A stretch of 64,000 nt of DNA from Parcubacteria group bacterium (GCA_003104935.1 PQAE01000006.1:1037-65036); one strand, 5' to 3'. Shown: positions 25,963 through 35,669, counted from the stretch's first letter. Numbers and translations are program-made. The notes: a model not told the origin generated them from the letters alone.

Positions 25963-28668
25963 TTATATTTTACTTTCGATAATTTTGGCGGGTTTTGTGG
26001 TTTGAGAAAACTTGGCCGACAACCAGAGCGACAAGGGTTTGATTAATTCCGTGAGTAGCATCGCCGAAATAACGACCGAGATTATCAGCAGCCATTCGGA
26101 CCAGCTTAAGGGCGTAGTGCGCAGTACTTCATTGAAAAAAGGATGATAAATAGCCACCAGTTGTAGCAGGACGCCGATGATCACGGAAATATTTAAGTAC
26201 CAATTGCGCCAGGGCCGGCTTTTCAAAATATTTACTTCCAGCGCGCGCACGCTAAAAACATAAAACATTGTTTCCAAAGCCACGGTGGTAAAAGTAACAG
26301 TCCGAGCCAGCACTATGTCTTGACTCTGGGACCAAAAAAACCAGAAAATCCAAAGTGAACTGATGGAGGTAATAAGACTGATCGCTAAGATTAAAAATTT
26401 GCTTTCCCAATCCATAAGACTGGCTGATACTTTCGGCTTTTGATTCATGATCCGCTCCTCTTCCGGCTCCAGAGTCAGAGACAGGGCTGGCAAGCCGTCG
26501 GAGATAATGTTCACCCACAGAATCTGGGCGGTCAGTAATGGCAAGGGCAATCCTACCAATAGACTGGCGATGACTATAATCACCTGAGAAAAACTGTCGG
26601 ACAATAAAAATAAAATCACTTTCTTAATGTTGGCGAAAACGACTCGCCCCTGCTTGACGGCCATGACAATAGTGGAAAAATTATTATCCAGGAGCACCAA
26701 GTCGGCGGTTTCCTTGGCCACATCCGAACCGCTCATCACCGCTACGCCGACGTCGGCCGCTTTGAGCGCCGGTGCGTCATTGACGCCGTCGCCGGTCATA
26801 GAGACCACCTCGCCCCGCTGACGCCAGGCGTTGATGATGCGCAATTTGTCCGCCGGCGTGACCCGGGCATAGACTTTGATATTTTTGATGTCTCTGGCCA
26901 GCCGGGCATCATCCATTTTTAACAATTCTTCTCCGGTAATGACGCTTTCCGGACTCAACTCCCAGCCCAGACTCTGGGCGATGGTGCGGGCGGTATATTT
27001 ATTATCACCGGTGATGATCACCGTACGGATACCAGCCGCCAGTGTCTGCTGTAAAGTTTCCTTTATTTCCAAACGTAAAGGATCAGACAAACCCCAGATG
27101 CCCACAAATATAAAATCGCTTTCCGTCAATTCGCCTGCCAGAAAATCTTTATTTTTACTGACCAGGCGATAGGCCCCGGCTAAAACACGCAAACCCTGCC
27201 GGCTAAACTCCTGCCAGGCCTCGTCAAAATATTTTATTTTTTCCGGACCGAGACGCACATAATCATTGCGGTGCTGATAATACAAACAAAAACCCAATAT
27301 TTTTTCCGGAGCGCCCTTGAGATATTCAATATCCCGCGTCTGATCATAGTGATGGCGCGTAATCATATACTTATACTGCGAATCAAAGGGCAATTCGTTT
27401 TTGCGCGCCCGTTTTTTATCCAAATCCTGCCAATCCAAATGGCGTAGACCAAATAGAAATAGGGCTTTTTCCGTGGGCGTAGCAATCACTTTCCAGAGAT
27501 CCTGAGGCTCCTCACTATTTTCAACAATAGCATTATTACAGAGCAGAGAAATCTGGGAAATTTTGTTTAATTCCTGATCCCACTGCTGATCTTTGAGTGA
27601 ACTGGCCGCCAGATCAAGATGATGGCTGGCTGTAGCCAGCTGAGTAACACGCATCTCACCCTCGGTCAAAGTGCCGGTCTTATCAGTACAGATAACTGTA
27701 GTTGACCCCAAAGTTTCGGCGGAAACCAGGCGGCGGACCAAACCATTGTAGTGCAGGATGCGGCGCATGCCCACGGTCAGTATCATGGTCAAACTGATGG
27801 CCAGCCCCTCCGGTATGGCCGAAACGGCCACGGCCACTGAAATAATGAACATCTCCGGCATGGGATAATTTTTTATCATGCCAAAGACAAACATAACCAG
27901 TGAAACCAGACAAATAACTTTGGTGATACTTTTGGAAAAACTGCTCAATTTTTTTTGCAAAGGAGTCGGATCGTCGGCTGTCTCGGCCAACATGGTGGTG
28001 ATCTGCCCGATTTCGCTTCTGATGCCAGTTTCAGTCACGACTGCCGTGCCCCGGCCGACTACTACCAAGGTACCCATATAAACCATATTAGCCCGCTCGG
28101 CCAGGACCAGACCCGGCGATAATGGTTCTGTTTTCTTCTTTATCGGCCAGGATTCGCCGGTCAGCGAAGCCTCGTTGGTTTCCAGGCCACTCGAGTCAAT
28201 GACGCGGGCATCGGCCGGCACGCGGTCCCCGGACTGCAGATTGATAATATCCCCAGGCACTAACTGACTGGACTCAGTCTTTTTTTCCCGGCCGTCGCGC
28301 CAAACCAGAGTTTCTTTCTTGACGACGCTATTTAATTGCTCCAGAGATCTGTTGGCTTTATACTCCTGGATAAATCCGATTATGACATTGATCAACACTG
28401 CCGCTAAAATCAAGAGGGCATCCACTAAATCACTAAAAAAAACGCTGACTATACTGGCGATAATCAGAATATAGACCAAGGGACTCTTAAATTGGTATAA
28501 AAAAAGGCGAGCAACGGAAAAAGGACGCCTTTTGGCCAAAATATTAAGTCCATATCTGGACCGGCGCTTTTCGGCCTCGGACTCCGTCAAACCCTTAGTA
28601 GTGCTATTTAGATTTTTTAGTGACTGATGAGCACTAAGGGCATGCCAAACTGTTGCTGACTTTACCAT
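25963..28668 (-). CDS. Cation-translocating P-type ATPase (type IIA, Ca2+-like)
   Basis: LTGES, IPEGL, DKTGT, KGAPE, TGD, TGDGVNDAP. Confidence 0.95.
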   Translation of the reverse strand: MVKSATVWHALSAHQSLKNLNSTTKGLTESEAEKRRSRYGLNILAKRRPFSVARLFLYQFKSPLVYILIIASIVSVFFSDLVDALLILAAVLINVIIGFIQEYKANRSLEQLNSVVKKETLVWRDGREKKTESSQLVPGDIINLQSGDRVPADARVIDSSGLETNEASLTGESWPIKKKTEPLSPGLVLAERANMVYMGTLVVVGRGTAVVTETGIRSEIGQITTMLAETADDPTPLQKKLSSFSKSITKVICLVSLVMFVFGMIKNYPMPEMFIISVAVAVSAIPEGLAISLTMILTVGMRRILHYNGLVRRLVSAETLGSTTVICTDKTGTLTEGEMRVTQLATASHHLDLAASSLKDQQWDQELNKISQISLLCNNAIVENSEEPQDLWKVIATPTEKALFLFGLRHLDWQDLDKKRARKNELPFDSQYKYMITRHHYDQTRDIEYLKGAPEKILGFCLYYQHRNDYVRLGPEKIKYFDEAWQEFSRQGLRVLAGAYRLVSKNKDFLAGELTESDFIFVGIWGLSDPLRLEIKETLQQTLAAGIRTVIITGDNKYTARTIAQSLGWELSPESVITGEELLKMDDARLARDIKNIKVYARVTPADKLRIINAWRQRGEVVSMTGDGVNDAPALKAADVGVAVMSGSDVAKETADLVLLDNNFSTIVMAVKQGRVVFANIKKVILFLLSDSFSQVIIVIASLLVGLPLPLLTAQILWVNIISDGLPALSLTLEPEEERIMNQKPKVSASLMDWESKFLILAISLITSISSLWIFWFFWSQSQDIVLARTVTFTTVALETMFYVFSVRALEVNILKSRPWRNWYLNISVIIGVLLQLVAIYHPFFNEVLRTTPLSWSEWLLIISVVISAMLLTELIKPLSLWLSAKFSQTTKPAKIIESKI

Positions 28669-28741
28669 GAATATATTATAGCATAAAATATCAAATCACT
28701 TGATAATCTCCACTATTTCCAGTAATATTAAGACTATGTTA

Positions 28742-30553
28742 ATGGAACAAACTATAAAAAAAGTCCTGGTCGATCAGATCAAAAAAACCTTTGGTTTTGG
28801 TCTGACGGCCGAATCATTAAGCTTTGATCGCCCGCCGGATACTAAACTGGGCGACCTGGCTTTTTCTTGTTTTGATCTAGCCAAACAGCTCAAGAAAAAT
28901 CCCGCCGTCGTAGCCGAAGAATTGACCAAAGATTTTAGCGATCACCCATACCTAGAACAAGTCAAAAATTTCGGACCTTATATTAATTTTTTTGTCAGCC
29001 AAAAATACCTGAGTGACAATCTATTTGCAATGACTCGGGATAAAACCTTTGGACAATCCGCCCTTGGCCAAGGCCAAAAAATACTATTGGAATTTTCCGG
29101 ACCAAATACTAACAAGCCACAGCACATCGGTCACCTGCGCAACAATGTCCTGGGCCAAAGTCTGGTTAATATTTTTAAACACTGCGGCTATAAAGTCATT
29201 CCGGTCAATATTATTAATGACCGCGGCATCCATATAGTAAAAAGCATGCTGGCCTGGATGGAATTTGGCCAAGGCGAAACGCCGGCTTCCTCCGGAATCA
29301 AAGGCGACCATCTAGTGGGTAAATATTATGTGCGTTTTGGTCAGGAACTGGCCAAAGAAAAAGAAAAATACTTTACCGACAACAAAATCAATCTGGTAAA
29401 ACTCAGTAATCTGGAACAAAAAGAAGTGGCCGAAAAATTTTTGGCCCAATCACAGTGGATGGCCAAAGCCCGCGCTCTGCTGCTGCGCTGGGAACAGGAT
29501 AATAAGGAAGTAAAAAAACTCTGGAAGACCATGAACTCCTGGGTCTATGACGGCTACAAAGTGACTTACGACCGGCTGGGCATAAAGTTTGATAAAAACT
29601 ATTACGAGAGCGAGACCTATCTACTGGGCAAAGATTTGATAGCCGCGGGCTTGGATAAAAAAATATTTTTTAAAAAAGATGATGGTTCGGTTTGGGTGGA
29701 TCTAAAAGACGAAGGATTGGAAGAAAAACTATTGCTCAGAAGTGATGGTACCTCGGTGTATATGACTCAAGATCTAGGTACCGCCAAAGAACGCTATGAA
29801 GAATACAAGTTTGACCGTGCTATTTACGTCGTGGCTAGCGAACAGGAAAGACATTTTAAGGTCCTGTTTGCGACCTTAAAAAAGCTGGGCTTTGCCTGGG
29901 CGGAAAAACTCTATCACCTTTCCTACGGCATGATGTCTTTACCCAGCGGTAAAATCAAGTCCCGAGAAGGCGTAACCGCTGATGCTGATGATCTGATGGA
30001 TCGGGTGCACCAGAAAGCTAAAGAAGTCATGGCTGCGGCCGAAAAACAAATTACCACCAATGCCCAAGAAGAAGAAAATATAGCCGAAATAGTCGGCTTG
30101 GGCGCATTGAAATTTTTTATGCTCGGCACAACCCCGCAAAAAAATATTATTTTCAAACCGAGCGAATCAATTTCTTTTGACGGCTATACCGGCCCGTTTA
30201 TCCAGTACACGCACGCACGGATCAATAATCTGCTCAAAAAATACGGCAAAAAAATCACCGCCAAATTAAAATCTGATGAAAAGTTTAATACTGAAGAAAA
30301 GGAATTGATCACAACTCTTTTAGATTTTCCTGAAATTATAAAAAAATCTGCTTTGGATTATAATCCGGCGGTGCTTTGCCAATACCTCTTTAACCTGGCT
30401 AAAACCTTTAATAATTTTTACCAAAATCATTCCGTACTCAGCGCTGAAACTGAAGACCTGAAAAAAATGCGCTTACTTTTGTCAGCACAAACAAAAAAAG
30501 TCCTGTTTGACGGACTGGCTTTGCTGGCAATTAATGCGCCGGAAGTGATGTAA
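28742..30553 (+). CDS. argS: Arginine--tRNA ligase
   Basis: PNTNKPQHIGHLRN, KIKSREG, TGPFIQYTHARI. Confidence 0.96.
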   Translation: MEQTIKKVLVDQIKKTFGFGLTAESLSFDRPPDTKLGDLAFSCFDLAKQLKKNPAVVAEELTKDFSDHPYLEQVKNFGPYINFFVSQKYLSDNLFAMTRDKTFGQSALGQGQKILLEFSGPNTNKPQHIGHLRNNVLGQSLVNIFKHCGYKVIPVNIINDRGIHIVKSMLAWMEFGQGETPASSGIKGDHLVGKYYVRFGQELAKEKEKYFTDNKINLVKLSNLEQKEVAEKFLAQSQWMAKARALLLRWEQDNKEVKKLWKTMNSWVYDGYKVTYDRLGIKFDKNYYESETYLLGKDLIAAGLDKKIFFKKDDGSVWVDLKDEGLEEKLLLRSDGTSVYMTQDLGTAKERYEEYKFDRAIYVVASEQERHFKVLFATLKKLGFAWAEKLYHLSYGMMSLPSGKIKSREGVTADADDLMDRVHQKAKEVMAAAEKQITTNAQEEENIAEIVGLGALKFFMLGTTPQKNIIFKPSESISFDGYTGPFIQYTHARINNLLKKYGKKITAKLKSDEKFNTEEKELITTLLDFPEIIKKSALDYNPAVLCQYLFNLAKTFNNFYQNHSVLSAETEDLKKMRLLLSAQTKKVLFDGLALLAINAPEVM

Positions 30554-30595
30554 AATGATATTCGTTCTAACCTGTCGAGAATTAAATTCAAATAA

Positions 30596-30633
30596 GTTCT
30601 CGACTCCTCGGGCGTTACCCTCGTCACTCGAAC
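30596..30633. repeat. REP-like palindrome
   Basis: GTTCTCGACT...CACTCGAAC hairpin after argS. Confidence 0.45.
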
Positions 30634-30692
30634 AAATATTTTATACAAGAAGAACCTCCGCTGGATGTGTTTCCCTGCGCTGTTTTTTTAAA

Positions 30693-31430
30693 TTAAGAAC
30701 ATGGAATATAAGCGCAAGGCGGAAACAGCAGGGGCCAATGCGCGCGCAAATAAGTCAGCGCTATAACCGGCAATAGAGAAAAAACAAACGAGATAATAAA
30801 TGAATAAAGGCATTTTTTCCAGGTTTTAACTCTGTTGTCCGGCGCCGGGGGCAAACTGGCTAGCGCCGGAGCAATGATCAGATTATAGACGCTCATCGTG
30901 GGCAAAATCAAAAGTATTGCTCCCCAGAAATCTGTTCTTAAATAAGAAAGTGTTTTCTCGGCGTACAAGCCCCAAAGACCGATGATAAAAAATAAATTTG
31001 CGGATGTATAGCGATACCGCCGGTATAAAAAATACCAGCCAAATATAAAGCCGGTAAAAGCAAAAATGTTGAAAGCCCAAAACTGCAGAATTAATTGTCC
31101 CCAGCCCGTTAAAGATGCCCCGCTATTTAAAGCGTGAACCAGGGCCACCAAAATTTCTTCTGTCAGCACGGCACTGTAGCCCAACAAGACAAATTTGATT
31201 AGCGGGCGCAGTTTCCAATTTAATAAGATGTTACTCAGCTGCTCGCGATACTTCCAGAGCAATATTCCTCCCCCGCCCAACAATAAAATGTAATAGACAA
31301 AGACGATATAATGAGCGACAGAGATAAAATAAAAATTCAGTAATAAAACTGAAATTATAAGCGGAATAATTATTTTTCGGGGAAAAACGTGATTAAAACT
31401 GTAGTTGCCCACAACAATAGTTATAAATTT
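30693..31430 (-). CDS. Hypothetical multi-pass membrane protein (start uncertain)
   Basis: Long hydrophobic ORF; the ORF-track N-terminus is read from the tRNA-linked repeats, so the start coordinate is approximate. Confidence 0.6.
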   Translation of the reverse strand, partial: KFITIVVGNYSFNHVFPRKIIIPLIISVLLLNFYFISVAHYIVFVYYILLLGGGGILLWKYREQLSNILLNWKLRPLIKFVLLGYSAVLTEEILVALVHALNSGASLTGWGQLILQFWAFNIFAFTGFIFGWYFLYRRYRYTSANLFFIIGLWGLYAEKTLSYLRTDFWGAILLILPTMSVYNLIIAPALASLPPAPDNRVKTWKKCLYSFIISFVFSLLPVIALTYLRAHWPLLFPPCAYIPCS

Positions 31431-31453
31431 TAATGGCCTCCGCGCGCTACGAA

Positions 31454-31540
31454 GCAGCTTTACCTGGTGTGCCACGAGGATGCAAAGCAACTTCACGTGG
31501 CGCGCCACGTGGCTGCGCAGCAGCTTTACGTGGTGCGCCC
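31454..31540 (-). repeat. Three 33-bp tandem repeats containing the tRNA-Lys 3' end
   Basis: GCAGCTTTAC(C/G)TGGTG(T/C)GCC-like units start at 31454, 31487 and 31520. Confidence 0.75.
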
Positions 31541-31607
31541 AGTAGGATTCGAACCTACGACCGTTTGCTTAAAAGGCAACTGCTCTACCAGGCTGAGCTA
31601 TAGGCGC
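31531..31607 (-). tRNA. tRNA-Lys(TTT)
   Basis: GCGCCTATAGCTCAGCCTGGTAGAGCAGTTGCCTTTTAAGCAAACGGTCGTAGGTTCGAATCCTACTGGGCGCACCA. Confidence 0.95.
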
Positions 31608-31679
31608 ACGAAAAAAATTTGTTTTAAATTTACCCCATTGTGTCTAAAGCAAAAGAGCGAAGCCTGGAAGGCTGCTGTG

Positions 31680-31730
31680 CCCCGCGAAGCCCCGAACGAA
31701 GTGGGGGGCGAAGTGGGGAGCTATAGGCGC
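31680..31730 (-). pseudogene. 5' remnant of tRNA-Lys followed by a GC palindrome
   Basis: GCGCCTATAGCTC (identical to tRNA-Lys nt 1-13) then CCCACTTCGCCCCCCACTTCGTTCGGGGCTTCGCGGGG. Confidence 0.55.
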
Positions 31731-31769
31731 ATGAAAATACCATTTAATTATACAGCAAATACGAAAAAA

Positions 31770-31798
31770 ATTATATTGTATTTTGAGTTTTTTGTCAA
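31770..31798 (-). promoter_or_regulatory. Consensus sigma70 promoter of the tRNA-Lys locus
   Basis: TTGACA-17-TATAAT on the minus strand. Confidence 0.85.
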
Positions 31799-31904
31799 TC
31801 TTTAATATCTAAAAATTATTGTCATAATTGCTAAAAAACCTAAAAAATGATAGCATTTATAAAGAAAATATTATTTGTAAAAGTTTAATAAATAGATAAC
31901 CTTT

Positions 31905-32531
31905 GTGAATAAACTAGTAAGAGTCAATGGTATCTACAAACTGCCTCTAACCGTAAAAGCGGATTGGAGTGGATATTTAGCATTTTCAATTATTTTTGTT
32001 CCCATCTCTTTATTGTGGATTTATATCGCATTTGATAACCCCACTCAAAACTACTGGTTACCGAATTTAATTATAATTTTAGTTTATGGGTTTGTTTTGA
32101 TTTGGTTATTATCTTTCAAAATTATTTTGACCGCCGACGGAATATTCTACAAAACTTTGTTCTCCAAAGGACTTAATATTTACTTTGCCGAAATAAAAAA
32201 AGTAGAAATGGCGATTGGAATGAGTGCGACCGGCGGCGAAAAGACCGATCGTAGATTAAACGGATTTTATAGATTAAATATTTTCACAAATAATGCCAGA
32301 CAACTACGGACGATTAATTTAAGCCCTTTCGGCAAAAGAGATTGGGCGATATTGATTGATACAATAATGACTGCTAATCCAGCGACTGAGTTAGATGTGT
32401 TTTCAAAAAACTTATACAAAAATGATTTTAAACCTATTACACATGAAATCTTAAAAAAATTTTGGCAGTTTGCTCTCTGGTCTTTTTTTATATGTTTAAT
32501 TTTAAGCCTTCTTAGGGGTTTTATGACATAA
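31905..32531 (+). CDS. Hypothetical membrane protein (bacterial PH-like region)
   Basis: Two N-terminal TMs, IILTADGIFYKTLF...IYFAEIKKV, C-terminal TM; low GC. Confidence 0.7.
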   Translation: MNKLVRVNGIYKLPLTVKADWSGYLAFSIIFVPISLLWIYIAFDNPTQNYWLPNLIIILVYGFVLIWLLSFKIILTADGIFYKTLFSKGLNIYFAEIKKVEMAIGMSATGGEKTDRRLNGFYRLNIFTNNARQLRTINLSPFGKRDWAILIDTIMTANPATELDVFSKNLYKNDFKPITHEILKKFWQFALWSFFICLILSLLRGFMT

Positions 32532-32548
32532 TAAGTAAAAAATGATTT

Positions 32549-32971
32549 ATGCCCACCTGGATTATTTATGCTCTCTTATCGGCCGTCTTTGCCGCCGGCG
32601 TAGCTATCTTTGGCAAGATCGGAATCCAAAATGTGGATTCTACCCTGGCCACTACCGTGCGCTCGGTGATCATGGCCGTTTTTTTGCTCCTAGTTTCTTT
32701 CTCCCTAGGTAAGCTACAATTTGTCACCAGCTTTAATAACCGAACCCTGTCTTTCGTGGTATTGTCCGGTATTAGTGGAGCCCTGTCCTGGCTTTTTTAT
32801 TTTTTTGCTTTAAAAAACGGACCGGCTTCAGGCGTAGCTGCCTTGGATCGCTTGAGCGTAGTCTTTGTACTCATCTTTGCCATTTTGCTTTTGGGCGAGC
32901 ACCTGAGCTGGAAGTCCGGTTTGGGCGCAATACTGCTTACTATCGGCGCTATACTGATGAGTTTGAAATAA
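32549..32971 (+). CDS. EamA/DMT family transporter (single domain)
   Basis: ALLSAVFAA..IFGKIG, SWLFYFFALK.GPAS.VAALDRLS. Confidence 0.92.
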   Translation: MPTWIIYALLSAVFAAGVAIFGKIGIQNVDSTLATTVRSVIMAVFLLLVSFSLGKLQFVTSFNNRTLSFVVLSGISGALSWLFYFFALKNGPASGVAALDRLSVVFVLIFAILLLGEHLSWKSGLGAILLTIGAILMSLK

Positions 32972-33075
32972 CTTCATCTGTATAAAATTTTCATCAGACT
33001 TGACTGGCCTGTTTTTTTTATATATATTTAGTCATTATTTGTTCGTCCCAATTTCCCTATCCAAAGGATAAAACC

Positions 33076-33351
33076 GTGATTAATTGGCCGTCTTTTTTTC
33101 ACGTCCTGGCTTTGGTCAGCTTTATGGCTGTGATCATCATGCTGGTCTACGTTTTTTTGCCCCGAGAAAATCGGCGCGATGGCAGACTGCATGCCGCAAC
33201 CATCGTCGAATCGATGTTTTGCACTCTCTACGGATGCATCGCTGATGAGCTCGGCGGTCAAAGCCACGTCTGGCTGATCCTATTTCTTTTGCCTTGTTTG
33301 TTCAGTCTAGCTGACCTGGCCTGGCTTTGGCAAAACCGCCAAAGAATATAG
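33076..33351 (+). CDS. Small 3-TM hypothetical protein (orphan cassette)
   Basis: AAGGA SD, GTG start, own promoter and terminator 33373-33402. Confidence 0.65.
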   Translation: MINWPSFFHVLALVSFMAVIIMLVYVFLPRENRRDGRLHAATIVESMFCTLYGCIADELGGQSHVWLILFLLPCLFSLADLAWLWQNRQRI

Positions 33352-33479
33352 ACATGACATTTTGCTAGAAACAAGCCCACACTTCCCTGAGGTGTGGGCT
33401 TTGCTATTGACATAGCTTCGTTTATACCTTATTATTCCTTGTTATTTCGTTCACTTACATTCAACCACTGGGGGATATA

Positions 33480-33746
33480 ATGACAATAGCCGACCTGGTC
33501 TATGCCTTGGCCACGATCAACATCATCTTGGCCTTTTGCTCGGCCTACACTTTTATCAAAGCAAGCCCACACAGCCGGAAAGTGGAAATCAGCTGTCTGG
33601 TATTTCTCTTTCTGGCCTATGGCCTGACCGGCTACAACTGGCGAGAAGCCTCGCAAAACCCTGAAGGCTATGTGATCATCCTACTCATCGCCACTATCTG
33701 CACCATGGTGCTAGCTGTGGCTCCCCGACAATTCATCAAGATCTGA
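33480..33746 (+). CDS. Small 3-TM hypothetical protein (orphan cassette)
   Basis: GGGGGA SD, TTGACA at 33407, terminator 33763-33793 nearly identical to that of the previous gene. Confidence 0.65.
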   Translation: MTIADLVYALATINIILAFCSAYTFIKASPHSRKVEISCLVFLFLAYGLTGYNWREASQNPEGYVIILLIATICTMVLAVAPRQFIKI

Positions 33747-33873
33747 CCTCAGATCTGATTTGCGCCCACACTTTACCAAAGGTGTGGGCTTTGCTTTTTG
33801 TGCATAAACTGACTATAAATATGCCTTGAAAAAAGGCCTGAAATGGGTTAAGCTAACCCTACTAAATACATCC

Positions 33874-35349
33874 ATGCCTATTGGAAAAATTCCCCAACAA
33901 AATCTGGAGGCCGAAGCCAGCCTGCTTGGCGCTTTACTTCTGGACAAGGAAAACATCATTAAAATCGCCGATCTTTTGCATTCGGATGATTTTTATAAAG
34001 ATTCCAACGGTCTGATCTATCAGGCTATTTTGGAATTATACGAAAAACATGACCCTATAGATATCCTCTCGGTCGGCAATAGGCTGATGGAAAAAAAGGA
34101 GTTGGAGGTCTGCGGCGGTAAAACCTATCTGGCCGAGTTGACTGCTTCCGTGCCAAACTCTTCGCATGTTGTTTCCTATGCCGACATTATCCGTAAGAAA
34201 TCCACGCTGAGAAAATTGGAAAGAGCGGCCGCGGAAATCAGCGAGTTTAGTTTTGCTGAAGATCAGGAAGTAGATAAACTACTGGACCAGGCCGAACAAA
34301 AACTATTTAATATTTCCCAGTCTTCGATGAAGAAAAACTTCATCCCCATCCGCAATATTTTAAACGACACTTTTAATCGTATTGATGAACTACATAAGCT
34401 GGGCGGCCGCGGTGTGCGCGGTATCCCTACCGGCTATGATGATCTGGATAAAAAGCTCTCCGGTTTTCAAAACTCCGATTTGATTATTTTGGCCGCCCGT
34501 CCCTCGGTCGGTAAAACTACTTTAGCCCTGGATCTGGTCAGAAGTATCGCCATCAAAGCCAAGGTGCCGGTCGGAATCTTTTCTCTGGAAATGTCCAAAG
34601 AGCAACTGGTGGACAAATTATTGGCCGCCGAGGCCAATGTGGACCTCTGGAAGATGCGTACCGGCCAATTGTCCGACCGCGAAGAAGACGATGACTTTCC
34701 CCGCATCGGCAAAGCCATGGGCGTACTCTCCGAAGCCCCGATTTTTATTGACGACTCCCCTAACCTCAATGCCATGGAAATTCGCACCAAGGCCCGCCGG
34801 CTAAAGATGGAAAACGGCCTGGGCTTTCTGGTGGTCGATTATATCCAACTGATGGAGAGCAGCCGCAAAAGTGAAAACCGCGTGCAGGAAATATCGGAAA
34901 TATCCCGCGCCCTCAAACAAATTGCTCGTGAGCTGGATGTGCCGGTCCTGGCTATCTCCCAGCTGTCCCGCGCCGTGGAAAACCGTTCACCCTCCATCCC
35001 CAAACTGGCCGACTTGCGCGAATCCGGCTCTATCGAGCAGGACGCCGACGTGGTTATGTTTATCTACCGTAAAGCCAAAGATAAAAATTTTCCCAACCTT
35101 TCCGAAGATGAAAAATATCTGGCCGAAATACATATTGACAAACACCGCAACGGACCGACCGGCCTAATCACCCTGTTCTTTGATGAAAATAAAGTCACTT
35201 TCCGCAGTGTGGACAAGGGATATCAGGCGCCGAGCCAGGCGCAAAATAGACCGACCGATCTGGCCAAGCCGGTTTCGGGTGAAGATCTGGCTCAGTCTAT
35301 GCCTGAAGAGCAATTACCGGCACTGGACTGGCAAGCCGAGGCTAAATAA
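33874..35349 (+). CDS. dnaB: Replicative DNA helicase
   Basis: AARPSVGKT, FSLEMS, VDYIQL, SQLSR, DLRESGSIEQDAD, KHRNGPTG. Confidence 0.97.
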   Translation: MPIGKIPQQNLEAEASLLGALLLDKENIIKIADLLHSDDFYKDSNGLIYQAILELYEKHDPIDILSVGNRLMEKKELEVCGGKTYLAELTASVPNSSHVVSYADIIRKKSTLRKLERAAAEISEFSFAEDQEVDKLLDQAEQKLFNISQSSMKKNFIPIRNILNDTFNRIDELHKLGGRGVRGIPTGYDDLDKKLSGFQNSDLIILAARPSVGKTTLALDLVRSIAIKAKVPVGIFSLEMSKEQLVDKLLAAEANVDLWKMRTGQLSDREEDDDFPRIGKAMGVLSEAPIFIDDSPNLNAMEIRTKARRLKMENGLGFLVVDYIQLMESSRKSENRVQEISEISRALKQIARELDVPVLAISQLSRAVENRSPSIPKLADLRESGSIEQDADVVMFIYRKAKDKNFPNLSEDEKYLAEIHIDKHRNGPTGLITLFFDENKVTFRSVDKGYQAPSQAQNRPTDLAKPVSGEDLAQSMPEEQLPALDWQAEAK

Positions 35350-35369
35350 CCAATAAACTAAATAAAAAT

Positions 35370-35663
35370 ATGTTCAACAAACTCAAACAAATAAACGATC
35401 TGCGAAAACAGGCCAACACCATCAAGCACGCTCTGGCCGAAGAAGTAATCGAAGTAGAAAATAGAGCCATTAAACTGGTGGTGGACGGCAATCAGGATAT
35501 AAAAAATCTGGAAATCAAGCCGGAATATCTGCACCAGGATAAAAAATCTGACTTGGAAAAAAACATCAAGGACGCTTTTTCCGAAGCACTAAAAAAAGTA
35601 CAGAGAAAAATGGCGTCCAAAATGCAGGATATGGGCGACTTCAAATTACCTAGTTTAAAATAA
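35370..35663 (+). CDS. YbaB/EbfC nucleoid-associated protein
   Basis: 97 aa upstream of recR; IKLVVDGNQDIKNLEI. Confidence 0.85.
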   Translation: MFNKLKQINDLRKQANTIKHALAEEVIEVENRAIKLVVDGNQDIKNLEIKPEYLHQDKKSDLEKNIKDAFSEALKKVQRKMASKMQDMGDFKLPSLK

Positions 35664-35669
35664 TCTGCT

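Noticed and set aside
31454-31540. Mini CRISPR array
   Set aside because: The period is only 33 bp with ~10-nt variable parts, the units overlap the tRNA 3' end, and there are no cas genes in the window.
25198-31730. Prophage or integrative-element att sites at tRNA-Asn/Lys
   Set aside because: No integrase or phage genes are present; the fragments lie immediately beside the tRNAs rather than flanking an island.
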